DNA of 64,000 nt from Octopus sinensis (GCF_006345805.1 NC_042998.1:89032001-89096000), one strand, 5' to 3'; counted from the first letter of the stretch, positions 1 through 13,218 are shown. Notes: generated by a model not told the origin, from the sequence alone. Numbers and translations are program-made.

Positions 1-88
1 AAATCTCTCTCAATGTCACACGCTAACATTATATAAATGAGAGGATACAAAGGATAAGATAGAAATAAGTACACACGCACACATACGA

Positions 89-157
89 ATTCCCTATAAA
101 AGAACTTTCTGTTTTTCTCACCCATTCCCTATAAAAGAACTTTGTTTTTCTCACCCA
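89..157. repeat. Local ~35-bp tandem duplication
   Basis: attccctataaaagaacttt(ct)gtttttctcaccc occurs twice in direct succession (89-123, 124-157). Confidence 0.8.
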
Positions 158-3100
158 CTTTTCTTATCTTTTATACTTTTCTCCCACCTCTCTCTCATGA
201 CCCGATGACCCGAAAGTTGTTGCTCTTCCATTACTTTCGCAAACAGCAGTAACTTTCTTCAGCTGAATACATGTCATTGACTGGTTAAAATTACCAAAAT
301 ACGACAACTTTAACACGAAATAACTTCTAAAATAAAAAGTTTTGTCAAAAACGTTAAAAGTAAGCCGTATTCTATGTGGCACATTCAACAAGTATCCGAA
401 GTTTCAAACTGTTTAGCTAAAAAAAAAAAAAAATGATAATTAAAAAATCTGTGACTGAGATTGAAAAGACCCACTGCGGTTTTAAAAATCTAGTTCTAAG
501 GCTGTGGATTCGATTCCTGAACCGAACGACTCCTTGTGTTCTCGAGCGAAATACTTTATTTCACGCTGTCCCAATACACTCAGCTGAAAATGAGTACTAG
601 CTGAGGGCTCTCTTCCTCCAACTATCATAACCTCAGTGTTCCACTGGATCAAAAATGGATGGCTGAAGAGGAGCTCGCTCGCGAGTGACGGCTGTGGATA
701 TTAATTTCCTTTAAGTTTACAAAAGTTCAATTGTGGTGGAGTTAATTCTTTCTATATGAAACTCTTTCACACATAGAATGAACTGAAAATATTTATAAAT
801 CACACTTGCTCACCTTTTAGTGAATGCAGATGGCTAATTTAATGGACATTTCATGCTTTATGGCTGCATTATCGTCTTGAGACCTATCCTACTCCACGCC
901 TGGTTAGCTTTATAGATAAAGCACCTTTCTTTTAATACTGATAAAAACCATTCTAGATATTCTCAACAATATTCATTAGAAAATGCTATCTGCTTAACAA
1001 CACGTAACACTTAAGCGTTACTATCATAATAATAATGGTTACGCTGACTCTGCGCTTCTACGACCTTCAGTTTGTCAGAGTACAATGGTAGTTAATAGTT
1101 CTTTTATGTACCAGCCAGCATCCGTCATCTGTGAGTGTGTTGGCGAGATTCACATATCTTCCCGTCCCTTTAATCAGTTATGACCTCACAATTACTTGCT
1201 GGGTGTTATTTTAGTAAGTGAATACGGTCTTAGTGCTGAGTGGCAAACAATGGTTTGTACACCCGTATTTTTAAGGTTTTGCTGTTTATCTTTTTGTTAG
1301 CTATGCATTATTGTCTACATTTCGGCACATCTGGTTTTGGTGAGACTGTTTTCTGTCTTGTTCGCCTCACTATTGTTTTCATTTAGAAAAAAAAAAGATA
1401 ACTAAATAAGTAAATAAAGAGATAACGATATTTCTACAAACATAAATTCACTGAACATTTTTTCAAAATATTAATTTATTTGGTTAAATTTATTCAATTA
1501 AGACTAGCATTGTCTCTTAAAAAAAGCTAACTCCTCCAAATCTGATAAGATCGCTTGTATTCCCACCCTCTTTCTTCCGAAATTCTGAAATGGGAAAGAA
1601 TCGTAGGTAGAGCAAAACTGGGATAACGCTACTTGGAGAAGATGAAGGGGAGGAAGTTGTGTTTTTTTTCTTAATCTAAAAGAAAATGTGCCAAATTTCT
1701 GTTTAATTGTGGCTGGCAATTCTGTTACAATTCTTTTAGCTAAAATATATCACCAGACAGCTTGAAATTGTACTTTTATTTTATTTTGTTTATTTTTACC
1801 GAAATTTTCATTAAAATTTCTGAATTTTTTTAATGTATACTTTAAAATGTTTACATTTCATAATAGCATTGGGCTGAAGAGCACTGTAAACTGTAGAGAA
1901 AGAGGTAAGCTGTTAATGAGTCAATGCAGCAACGTTGTGGAATTAACACCAACGCTAGCACTTAGGTGCTCTTCGGAGAGAATTTCACTCTATTGCAAGC
2001 ATCTGGGCCGCGTCTCTGCCCTAGGTTAAAGGAGAGCTACCTCCCTTTCTCCCACCAGTCTCAGAGGGTCAGACATTGCCTTCCTTCATAACTAATCGTA
2101 AAAACAAAAAACTGTTTTATTAAAACTCCGTAACACAGTTAAAGATATAAATTAAAACATACACAAGTAGGTGGGAGCAATCGGTAAATGTTAACTCTGT
2201 TTCAAGAAAAAATGTTTTGAAGATATTTTATTCAAAATACTTTTTGAATAAATCAAACTGCTGATTTCGATTTCTAAAAAGGCAATTTGTGAAGAAGAGC
2301 AATAATCAATTATATCAACCCCTGTACAGATCGATACTTATTTTATTGACAAAAGTCTGTCGCAGTAAGTTTCGAACAGACTATAAAGAAAAATAACTAT
2401 ACTATAAGGTATTGTTAATCTCATTTAGGGATTATGTACTACAATACTTTATGTAATGAGCAGTCTTGTGGCGGTCATTGCTAGTTTAAAGCATATTCGA
2501 ACATTAAAGCATATTCGAACCAATATTTACCAAAAAATAAACTTTAAAACAAATAAACAAACGATTGATTAAAATTAAGTTTAATTTTAGAATGTCTGCT
2601 TCGGCAACCGTGAAACTAACGATAAACTTTTAAAATATTAGAGATGAAATATCTAACAGTTCAAACATTGGATTGCTACTGATAAAGTAGAATAATAATC
2701 ATTACACTCTTCCTGTTCATTTGATAAGTAAGCTGCCTTATGATCAACGACGATAAGTATAATCAGCAAGAACAAGAGACGAATTTCTGAAATTCTGGAA
2801 TGCAAACCTTCAAACGTAAAAGCAAAAATATCGTGCAATTCTAGTTACAACTATTCAGTTCTTTACTTTGCAGGTTCTATTAAGGCTGTTTCAAATTAGT
2901 TAAAAGATATAATAGGCATTGGCTATGTAAGAATGAAATGGTATTTATCTGCTGTTATAGTTTCTATCTAATATATGCAACACACAAGCGACTTTCGTTT
3001 GATCCTCTGAAACAAAGAGTACAGACCATTAAATGTATATTTTTGTTTTTTCCTTTCTTAAATGTGCCTTGAAATAGATTAAAGACAAATCCGTTGTTTC

Positions 3101-3440
3101 TAAAGGGATTTGAAAAAGAAAATATATAGGGTTTCAATCGTATGTTTTTATTTTGTTAATACTGTTTTGCTAAATGCTTTGTGAAGGTTAGAATTAGCAA
3201 GAAAGTTTTCAACCGAAGCCATTAATATAATTCTGTTTTTACACGAGAACTCATGAAATAGCATACATATATAACCCATATTAGTTAACGACCAGAGAGA
3301 AAAAATATTGTACCACAGATAAAATAATTCTTGTAAGAAACCGACGAATACCCTGGTGTATCTGACTAATTAGTGGTAATTTTATGGGATCAAATACTGA
3401 GATTAATTTAACAATGATGAAAGGGTCCAAAATCTATAAA

Positions 3441-3823
3441 AACTCGGAGAGCGCAGACCTCCGCCAAGCAGCTCATTTTAAAATAGATACGCGAGTAAAA
3501 TTACTAATAGAGAAACGAAAATAAACTTTGGAAACAGCAACGCCACCATAGGTTACGTGGAAACGATGAACGTGTTTTCAAGGGACATAATCAAAGAACG
3601 TAACATTGTAATACTTCATGTAAAGTAAATATAACAAATGAAAAATCCTTCAAGCATCCATAAAAATTCCCGGATCACTACCAAAATTTCATCATCTGTT
3701 CCTTGTGTCATTATCAACTTTTTCGGCAAGTTTCATCAAATACCGCTCACAACGTTTTGAGTTATTTTGCACACAGACGGACAAGCCAACGCCGATGAAA
3801 ACATAACCTTTTAGCGGAGGTAA
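3441..3823 (-). mobile_element. Non-autonomous Helentron/DINE-type (HINE-like) element
   Basis: The minus strand begins ttacctccgctaaa-ggttatgttttcatcggcg and ends cttggcggaggtctgcgctctccgagt. The subterminal inverted motif is cctccgc/gcggagg. The same two termini recur at 33996 and ~36016-36042. The family assignment is from recall. Confidence 0.6.
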
Positions 3824-4265
3824 GAGTAGTCTGTCATTTTCAAATCAATATCATTTAGCACGAGGGGTCCAAGAAAAGAAACCAAGAGAATAACTTCGGA
3901 AGATAAGATTAATGTTGTGACCCGATTCCGTAAGAGACTGGTGTGTAATTAGTAATTTAGTTGGGTAGCTTGTATGACCGCGTGGAGACGAAAAAGTGTT
4001 CTGAAGAATAAATATGTCAACTGCTATTTCTAGATTAGTAGCAGTTTCAATCGTTCTCATCGTCAGATCGTCGTTTCTTTCTTGCCTGTCAGTCACTGAG
4101 TGACGGATGTCATCATTCAATTCGAAAGCTCCTGCTTTCGTTTACGAAAGCGTGCGTGTGAAATATATGGTATTAGCTATATTTATTTTAGTTATTTTAT
4201 CGTTCTGTTTGTTGAATCACTAGGTTACGGAAAAGAAAAGCAACTCAAGAATAATAACAATGGTG

Positions 4266-4302
<37 letters not shown>

Positions 4303-4310
4303 ATATACAC

Positions 4311-4511
4311 ACGCGAGGGGAGCTGAAAAGTTCCTGGCTTTAGGGTCTCTCGAAAGGCCCGGTTAGAGGCCTAACTTCCCACGTTCTTTTACAGGGCTTA
4401 GAAAAACTAAAGCACTGCTGCAATAAGTGTTTGAATCCAAGAGGGGAATATGTTGGATCCCCCTGTATTTTCTTTCACTCAAATCCAGGAACTTTTCACC
4501 ACCTCCTTGTA
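4311..4511 (+). mobile_element. Mariner-derived MITE (~200 bp)
   Basis: Imperfect TIRs gaggggagctgaaaagttcctgg / ccaggaacttttcaccacctc. The interior encodes GLEKLKHCCNKCLNPRGEY, resembling the mariner transposase C-terminus (G..KL..RW.KC....G.Y). A second copy lies at 17607. Confidence 0.7.
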
Positions 4512-4516
4512 TATAT

Positions 4517-4830
4517 AGGCGTACACATGGCTGTGAGGCAAGAAACTTGCTTCCCAACCACATCACTTTAGCCAAATGATGTGGCACTTTCGGCAAGTCT
4601 TTTCTACCATAGCTCCGGGCCGACAAAAGCCTTGTGATTGGTAGACGGAAATTAAAAGAAGCTTGTATGTAAGTATATATATATATATGTACATGTGGGT
4701 TTGTTTCCCACTACCATTTGACAATCGGTGTTGATTTGTTTATGCTCACATAGCTTAGCGGTTCAGCACAAAGACCGATACAATAAGAATAGCATGATCT
4801 CGGTCCAATGACTGAATTAAGTAAAAGTAC
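4517..4830 (+). mobile_element. tRNA-headed CORE-type SINE (octopus OR2-like), degenerate
   Basis: Degenerate A box (tggctgtgagg), CORE-like gtggcactttcggcaagtcttttctac, internal (TA)n, and tail ending aatgactgaattaagtaaaag. It matches the reverse complement of the copies at 6790 and 61905. Confidence 0.75.
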
Positions 4831-5354
4831 ATACACACATGCAGTTATTGCAGATAGCAACCGACATCTAGTTATATGACTTTCATGTTCTTGATCGCCA
4901 GACTGGATACCATGCTTGACTCTTGACATTGAACATGTGTGTGTGTGTGTGTGGTGTGTGTGTGTGTGTGTGTGTGTGTGTTGTGTGTGTGTGTGTGTGA
5001 CCTATAGGCTCTATCGCCTAATTCAGTGTAATGTATCTGTAGGATAGTCTTAGTGCAATTGTTATTTAGTTGCAGATTACACCTGATCCAGCTAATTACA
5101 GCCGCGACTCCCCCGTCTTCTTCCATGCATCTATATTAAATAAAAATATTCAAAAGATGTCTTTTGAAGCTGACATGACGTAATTCGAAAGATTTAGCTG
5201 TCTCATCTGACATGTGATGATACTCCCTCGTAGGTTTAGGTGCTTTGCTGTAGTATGGAATTGAAGCGAAATGCAAATAATAGTCTTTATACGTTTATTC
5301 TTCAAATTTCTTGATTAATTCTTCACTATGTCAACTTATTTTAATATTTCTTCC

Positions 5355-5560
5355 TACTATAAGTACAATGTGTAAAATTCTGGGAGAAGGTGGGTAATCA
5401 ATTACCCCAGTGCTCCATAGGTACTTATTTTATTGGCCCCCTTATGGAAGAAAGACAACGATGATGTCAGCGCTATTTGAACTCAGAACTTAAAGCCAGA
5501 AGAAATGCTGCAACGTATTTTATCCGGAGCGCTAACGATTCTGCTAGTGCGGCGCCTTAA
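5355..5560 (-). mobile_element. tRNA-headed SINE with Deu/Nin-like central domain, degenerate (tail A)
   Basis: Contains tttgaactcagaac (reverse B box) and ggtacttattttattg. It resembles the copies at 8603, 52800 and 63263. Confidence 0.65.
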
Positions 5561-6640
5561 CTTATTCAAATTATTCATATAAATCAGTGATTGTGAACCG
5601 GGGTCCATATGGCCCTAGTGGGTCCATATAAGATTTTGCTTTTAAAATCTATGTGCAATAAATTGCTTATAATTTTGTAGTACATAAAATATTATAACTT
5701 TTTTAATACAGTTTCTAATAATATCTATTTATATTGTGATTGTTGTTGTTGTTATTGCTTTCTTTAATGTCGTAATGGAACCAAAGTATCATTAGTCGCT
5801 GCTTGGAACAAATATAAATACCCACCTACCTTATCATTTGGTAATTATGATACTTCCTCTGAAAGTGGAAATTATTTTAATAAAATTGGGAATTTATGCT
5901 GTTTGGTACATTGTTTTATCAATATTCATCTACGTTGTTCAAATATATGCCACTAGTCTCTATGATTCATTTCTCTTCGATCATGTTTGTTTTTACACAC
6001 ACACACACATCTGGTTATTCTGAAGAGAAGAGAAAAAATGTTTTTTTTTTTAAACTTCATATATTGTTTGGGATTTTGGGATTTGCTCACAGTTTGTTAA
6101 TCATTCTAAAATTTGAATAAAATAACCATTTAAAATTATAAACATGCAATGATTACTTCTCTCATAAATGAATGCTTTTCTTGTATTTCTTTTTTTTTGA
6201 CATATTTATTTCTTTTTGTTTTTTTTTTACTCCTCCCCCATTATTTCACTCTGAATAAATTGACTTATCACATGATTCGTATTTAAACTAACATTAATGA
6301 GTTTAGTTGACTGTACATATGCCAGGATAGGCAGGCATTGTTTTCTCAAGAAAACCCAACTAGACTTTTATGAAGTTATCTTACACATTTATTTGTTCAG
6401 CTAGGTATATAGGCTTTCAGCTTGTGTCTAACAGGAATCTTACCAATGTAGACCTCAATTGTAAATGTTACATATTTACGAAGACCTAGGGACATATATT
6501 TAGGGTTTCCTACAATGCTCTTTACATGTATGTATTCCACATTTGTTGCGTTATTTATAAACATAGCATATTGTCGTTTAAACATATGGTATATATATTA
6601 CAAAACGCTGCGCTGGTTGACCCAATTTTGAAATTCTGCG

Positions 6641-6712
6641 ATGCTTGTTACCTTGATGCTGATGTTACTGTTAGTTCGGTTTGGATGCTCATCGGGATTT
6701 CAACAGCGTTCA
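6641..6712 (+). CDS. Candidate first coding exon encoding a signal-peptide-like segment (MLVTLMLMLLLVRFGCSSGFQQRS)
   Basis: A true ATG at 6641 has an in-frame stop just upstream. It gives 24 codons with a hydrophobic core and small residues (CSSG), followed directly by the consensus donor GTAAGT at 6713. There is no homology support. Confidence 0.35.
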
Positions 6713-6789
6713 GTAAGTATGTTTCAGGCAGACAACACATCACTCATAGGGAATAGAACAGGTATATCAATATCTGCTTCTTTTCTTTT

Positions 6790-6997
6790 ATTCTTTTTTT
6801 TGTTTGAGTCATTTGACTGCGGCCATGCTGGAGCACCGCCTTTAGTCGAACAAATCGACCCCAGGACTTATTCTTTGTAAGCCTAGTACTTATTCTATCG
6901 GTCTCTTTTGCCAAACCGCTAAGTGACGGGGACGTAAACACCAGCATCGGTTGTCAAGCGATGTTGGGATGACAAACACAGACACACAAACGTACAC

Positions 6998-7033
<36 letters not shown>

Positions 7034-7145
7034 GATGGGCTTCTTTCAGTTTCCGTCTACCAAATCTACTCACAAGGCTATGGTCGGCCCGAAGCTATAG
7101 TAGAAGACACTTGCCCATGGTGCTGCGCAGTGGGATTGAACCCGG
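6790..7145 (-). mobile_element. tRNA-headed CORE-type SINE (OR2-like), 5' end partly truncated
   Basis: Well-preserved gtcatttgactgcggccatgctggagcaccgcc...(CA)n...gggcttctttcagtttccgtctacc...gacacttgccc...gggattgaacccgg. It is near-identical to 61905-62331. Confidence 0.9.
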
Positions 7146-8602
7146 CTGTGAGGAAAGCATAACAAATACAGCGGAAGAATGGAGCAGTAGTAAATCCGAG
7201 TGTCTGACTTGCTTCAGCGAATTTTTTCTCTTATTCCGAAAATTTTTCATATATTTAGGTTAATTGTATTTATTTTCTCGAACATTAAAAGGAAGAATGG
7301 TAAACACAAATTCATTGCTATTTAAAACATGAGGTAGATACCTTGGTCTTCTATTTCATAGGTTTTTTTTTGATTATTCAAAGAACATCGGTTGTGTCAA
7401 TTTTACGGTAAGAGAAAAAATCTGTCAAGTAGGAGTAGGGATGAATCCTGTATGCAAGGAAACTAGTGTACGTCTGTATCACCAATAATTAGTCAATAGA
7501 GAAATATATTGAAGAAATCATTAAGTTGAATTGTGAGAGAAGCGAATTATGTAAAGTTCCGAGCCATTGCCTTTCACTTGAGTGTGAAGATAAAAGTGCT
7601 GTTGTCACTTTGGTTGTAAGCTACAAAACGAGGAAGGAATTCAAGTGAGGAGTGATACTGAGTTAATGTTAGGACTAATAGATAAAAGTCGAAAGTAGTG
7701 TTGTTAGGTAAACGAAGAGAGAAGTTTAAGGATTAAGTAGAGCATATTCAGAATCTTTTTACTTTAATTTAACTGTTTCAGTGATTCATCTTTATAATAG
7801 GATGAACACATAACTGCATATAACCTCGATGTCAGGGCTTCATTTTAGAGTTATACTCTGTGTGTTGATAAAATAGCCAGAGCCCTCGTAACCTGACAAA
7901 TATTCATCCATTAGTTGAGAGAGTATGACAGCGTACCTACTCGGACAATGCAACTGTTTTTCAGAAATAAGTACTTGTTTCTACACAAATGTTTATAATA
8001 TTTTACTCATAAGGCTTTGGTTGATCCGAAGCTCGGGCAAAAGACATAGCCGTACAATAAGATCGAAAGCGAAATTATGTAGTTACAAAGCAAACATCTT
8101 AACTACACAACAATACTAGCACCCTTAGATGAAGTAGTTTCGATGATTTCAGTAGGATTACGAAATAGGTACTCATATTTCGCTCAATGGGTGTCTCCTT
8201 CCTGATGAGCCCATTAACGTCGAGCACTGGGATAATTATGATTTTCACAAAAGCTTGGTAAATAAAACAAGGTTTGAATCAATTAAACCTTAAGACGTCA
8301 TGCTTAAAATGTTTATAGATAAATTATAAAATGTCTTAGGGATATTTATTATCGATATAGTCACTGAACTGCAAGAGTACACTTGTAAAATAGTAGAAAC
8401 TAAATCTATGTGAATTTGCGAAGTATGAAAAGCAAAGACTATTCAAAATTGAATCGAAACTGCATCGCGAAATTGTTTTGTATTTATTTCTGTTCTTCAA
8501 CGTCCACCAGATTAGGCTGTAATCATTGCTTTCTTAATTACGAAATCTTATGCTTACGGAGTGACATAAAGAAATTTATCTATTAGCGACAGAGGCAGTA
8601 TT

Positions 8603-8841
8603 AATACCTATTTCTTTACTACCCACAAGGGGCTAAACACAGAGGAGACAAACAAGGACAGACAGACGGATTAAGTCGATTATATCGGCCCCAGTGCGTA
8701 ACTGGTACTTAATTTATCGACCTCGAAAGGATGAAAGGCAAAGTCGACCTCGGCGGAATTTGAACTCAGAACGTAACGGCAGACGAAATACGGCTACGCA
8801 TTTCGCCCGGCGTGCTAACGTTCCTGCCAGCTCGCCGCCTT
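8603..8841 (-). mobile_element. Full-length tRNA-headed Deu/Nin-like SINE (tail B) with target-site duplication
   Basis: The minus strand reads ggcgagctggcagga (A box)...gagttcaaattcc (B box)...gtcgactttgcctttcatcctttcgaggtcgataaattaagtacc...ccccttgtgggtagtaaagaaata. The flanking direct repeat aggcagtatt is at 8593-8602 and 8842-8851, extendable to 16 bp with one mismatch. Confidence 0.92.
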
Positions 8842-8990
8842 AGGCAGTATTTATACCGAGAGGTATTATTTAAACGCGGATGTTTTGTTAAAATAAAGTA
8901 TACTGCAGTAGATACCATGAGAAAATCTTTAATTTTGGCTTTTGGTGCAAAATGCACTCTTGTTTATATTGCAAGTGGGGAGATAAAACC

Positions 8991-9162
8991 CTGCCATCAC
9001 CAGCACCGAGACCACAAGATGACGTGATTTCGATCTTCTTTGCTTTTATCAAGGATGGACGCTCGACCGCAAGAGATAGCTTTTTCAAAGTATCTCTAGC
9101 AAGTGAGCGTCCATAACTGATAAAGGCACGTGATCTTGTGGTCTCGGCGCTGGTGATGGCAG
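8991..9162. mobile_element. Fold-back (palindromic) MITE-like element
   Basis: Outer arms are ctgccatcaccagcaccgagaccacaagat / atcttgtggtctcggcgctggtgatggcag. The inner segments also pair (tttatca, ggacgctc, agagata) around a ~4-nt centre. Confidence 0.75.
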
Positions 9163-11419
9163 TGATTTATTTCCCTGCTAGCGAGATAAACAAGTGTGCA
9201 ATTTGCACTAAAAGCCAAAATGAGAAATTTTATCATGGTAACTACCGCAGTAAATTTGTTCTAACAGAACATCGACGTTTGAGTGGAGATAAACAAATGT
9301 GTATTAATGTGAATGCCTTTCGAAAGTCGCTTGAAAATTGAAATAGCTTCATCAAAAAATCGTAATTGGTTTTCGCAATCGACTCACAGGAAGCATATTT
9401 CTATATTACAGCAAAGATATTGCTACAATGACAGTAATTAATAATCTTAAAACCATTAACAAATAGGTGTAAACGTTTATACTGACGTATGCAACGGAAA
9501 CTTGCTATCTATGTTTTAATAGCATCTGAAGTGTTTGGTTGATACTGTGATTCGTCATATCTTCAACTTAAACATTTCAGCTTTACTAAGAAAAATCTAT
9601 TACATGGTGCAGTGGAAGGATTTAAGCATATGCATGTTTTATTATAATGTAAAATACACTTTTAAACCAGATGTTTTACATCGCATTTCTGATATCTCAA
9701 GGGAGTAAATAACTTCTCTATCTCTTCTGCCCCTGTGAAATTTAACGATAAACACGCCGACTATGACATATAAGGTGCCATATGTTCAGGTTCATGGCAA
9801 CAAGACAGTATTGGGTTAAACTGTATTTATTTGTCGTCTTTTTCGCTTTTTGTCTCAGAGTCTTCCTCCGCGATCAAATATTTTCATATGTGCCTGCGTA
9901 TATCTAAGGGCATAAGCGTGCGCGCGTTTGTTTATCTGTGTGCATGGGTATTTACTCATGTTTGTATGTGATTACATGCATCTATCAGGGCATGTGAAAT
10001 AAGTTTTAGGGGAAAGGAAAGTAAATTTCGAGGCTTTATGGTTAATAAGAAGTAAGATTCGCAGTGACATGCTCATTGGTTCGAACCCTCTGCGCACTAC
10101 TTTAAGCAAGTGTCTTTTAAAGACTCTTGTTGGCTAATAATTTCTGAGCGGAATTTGGCAAACTGAAACTATGCGGAAGCTCACCATAATATATTATGTA
10201 TGAGAGTGTTCTAATGTGTGCTTATGTGCGATTGTGTGTATATATTAATGGTTACACCAGTCTAAAAACTGGTGCTGTTTATGTTGCGTTCCTTTATGTG
10301 CCGTAATTTCATGGTTCAGTAAAGAGATTGCTAATATAAGTACCATATTGAAAGAAGCACTGAGGATGATTTGATCGACTAACCTTTTACAGACAGTGTT
10401 ACAGCATGACCGTGGTTGAATAAAAACCATTACAAGACCGTTGGAAATTATTTCAAATTTTGAAATGCCGGCAGTGAATGTTTATAAGATTTTTGTGTAC
10501 ATGCAAACACAAACACATGCACATACTTATATACATGCATGCAAAAAAAAAAAAAAAGATTTTTGAAGATTACGCTTTTGCAATCCAAAAGCTGGCGGTA
10601 CCTATAAAATATCAAATGAACAAAAGAAACAATGCAGCCCTGGAACCACCTCAAGATATAACCGAAAATGACTCGATTATTTCACACTTCTGTAGAAGAC
10701 ACTACACAAAGCACACCAAAATTTCATCAAGGTATTACCCCCCACCACTGCATTTCGACACGGTGGTGAAAAAACAACATTGTATGGCTTCTGTAAGAAA
10801 AGATGCATTGAGTTAATTATAGACAACACACAAGAATACCTACCCTTCAATGTTTTAATACTCGTGTTCCTACCTTCGTGAATTGAGATTTACGCAAAGG
10901 AAAGTAACTTGAATTCTAAGACAGAAACTATTGGTTGTTAACGTAATGATGATGGTAGAGAGGGCGGTGGTGACATTGGATTTGAAAATAAGGAATGAAG
11001 AAAAACAGAGACAAAGAGAGAGGAATTGTAGAAGTAATAAGCTGTGTGACGTCACTGCAGTTTAGTTATCTCATTCAGTTCTTCCTCTCTATCTTTCTCT
11101 ATTTATCATTATCAGCACCAATATCACCGCCGCCATCTCCTCCTCCTCTACCACTACACTACCACCATAACAATCAATGCTGTTACCTCTGCCACCGCCA
11201 GTACCATAATAACCATTAGTTTCTTGTGCATACGTGTGTGTATGCGTGCGTGCACGCAACCTAAATACACTCACACACATACATAATAAAGGCTCACGAT
11301 AGCAAACAACTTCACACTCACATAAATACGTACACACACTCAACCGTTTGGGAATGCTTAGCAGCATATAAACAAGAACTATTACAAAAGCATAATGTGA
11401 CAAAGTTACGGTGTATGTG

Positions 11420-12860
11420 TTACATATTAGGCAATACCGTGGGGCACGATAAAATTTAATTAATTATCGAAATCAATATACGAGTTCCATAGGCGAATAG
11501 AACAAAATCCTTAAGTATCGGGACCGTGTCAGGGAACCATTTCTTCCATCCCGTGATGTTTGAGCTGTTTGGAGGGGCTGGGTCGCTAACGGCGAAGTTC
11601 TTGTCATCGTTGGCGGTTCGCTTTACCGATGTGTCAGGCATTTCCCGTGAGTGTGCTTGGCTGTTCCAACGCCTTAACCCGCCATCGCCCGTGATAGTGC
11701 TGCGGGAGTAGATTCCGTTGCTTCAGTAGGTTCTGTTGAACCCTGTGGCGTGCGACCAATTGAGGCACTTGGGATTGAATTGAAGTCTTTTTCCTTTTTC
11801 CGTTTCTTTTTGTGGAAGTGCTGAACTGTACTGGACAAACATATCTCTACTGGCCGCTTTCCTGTAGAACTCGGTGTGGAACTCTCCTTCTTCCGTTATT
11901 TTCAGTTGGAAGTCAAGTAGCGATAGTGATCCAGTGTTGTCAGGATGTTCTATAGTGAACTGTATGCTCATGTCCATGTTGTTGAACGTCGTGAATATTC
12001 TGTCAGCCTCTCCACGGGAAGGGTGTGAGTATGAGAATGTTATCTACGTACCTGGTGAATAAGGCGCATGAGCGGCAGATGTTGAGTGCTCGACGTTCCA
12101 GATGGTTCATATGGGTGATGGCTAGAAGGCCTGAGAGACTGGATCCCAGGAGGGGCCTGTTGTCTGTTTGTATGTGTGGTCATGGAAAGAGAAGTAGGTA
12201 TTGTCCATGATGGCGGACAAAAGTTGATGTATATCAGCTGCGGTAAGTCCGAAGCAGTGGATGTCGGACGCTGCTATGCAGTCAGTCAATAGGTTGACCG
12301 CCGAGTGTGCTGGTACCATTATGTACATTGAGACAACGCCAAAACTAAATGCATATCTGTTTTGCCTGAGTTGATCTGGGGGAAGTCGGCGCAGTCTTTT
12401 GATGACTTCATCAGAGTTCTTGACGTGTCCAGGAAAGGTGAAGAGTATGGGTTTCAGGATGTGAGAAAGTAGCCAGGATATTTTATATAGAAGTCCTTCT
12501 ACGCTGGAGACGATGGTTCTAATCTGGATCGTGTTGCTATCCTTGTGTATTTTAATGAGGTGATAGAATCTGGATAATCTGCTGTTCTTTGGGATGAAGT
12601 TGTTCTTGTATTTGTTATGTAGTTGTCTCCGTCTACAAATGTCAGTCTATGCAGTGTTAATTCGGTTCTCAATCCTGGTCGTGGTTGTATCTGTCACTTC
12701 AGAATATAGTCTGTCATTGCTTAAATGTTCTAGTGTTTATCATATATTTCACAAGAAATCACGCAGATTTCTTTCCCTTTATATGATGGTAAGTAAAGGT
12801 TTTAGTTTTTTAGTTTTGTCAATGCTTTATGTTGAAATATGGGCGCCATCACGCACTTCT
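11420..12860 (-). pseudogene. Penelope-like element reverse transcriptase, frameshifted fossil
   Basis: Minus-strand translation gives RFYHLIKIHK...IRTIVSS...ILKP...HVKNS, then FSFGVVSMY, then DNTYFSFHDHTYKQTTG, then FTIEHPDNTGSLSLLDFQL...TEFYRK. These are PLE RT motifs in the correct order across several frames. Confidence 0.9.
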
Positions 12861-12976
12861 CATGAGGAATTCCGGAAGGAGCCTCGTGAGACCACTGCAG
12901 AGACACCTCCGAAAAAGTTTTTTAAAAATCTTGCAAAACCGATTATAGCAGTGACTCGATCAATTCCTAGGGATCA

Positions 12977-13019
12977 ATTCCTGAAGAAGGAATTTTTATA
13001 TTCCGAAATATATTAGACT
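12977..13019 (+). ncRNA. Minimal type I hammerhead-like motif (partly degenerate) at the 5' flank of the PLE RT
   Basis: attc-CTGAAGA-a-ggaat(ttttat)attcc-GAAA-tata-TTA-gact. Stem II has 5 bp, stem III is the palindrome AATATATT, and stem I has one mismatch. Confidence 0.5.
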
Positions 13020-13142
13020 ATGGATGATTAAATTACAACAGTTATTTTCATCCATAGTTTGTATTATAGGGCATTGTTGTGTCATTCAAGACATTATTTT
13101 TTACGAACAATACACAATGCTTCAACCAAACTACAATACTCT

Positions 13143-13145
<3 letters not shown>

Positions 13146-13217
<72 letters not shown>

Positions 13218-13218
13218 C
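13146..13218. repeat. (TA)n microsatellite
   Basis: Near-perfect TA run. It explains the YIYIY ORFs at 13059-13366. Confidence 0.95.

Noticed and set aside
8202-8230. CTGATGAGCCC hammerhead-like start
   Set aside because: Stem II has no partner and GAAA is absent (cgagca). At best it is a dead relic.
12594-13016. 140-aa plus-strand ORF
   Set aside because: It is antisense to the PLE RT and has no recognisable motif.
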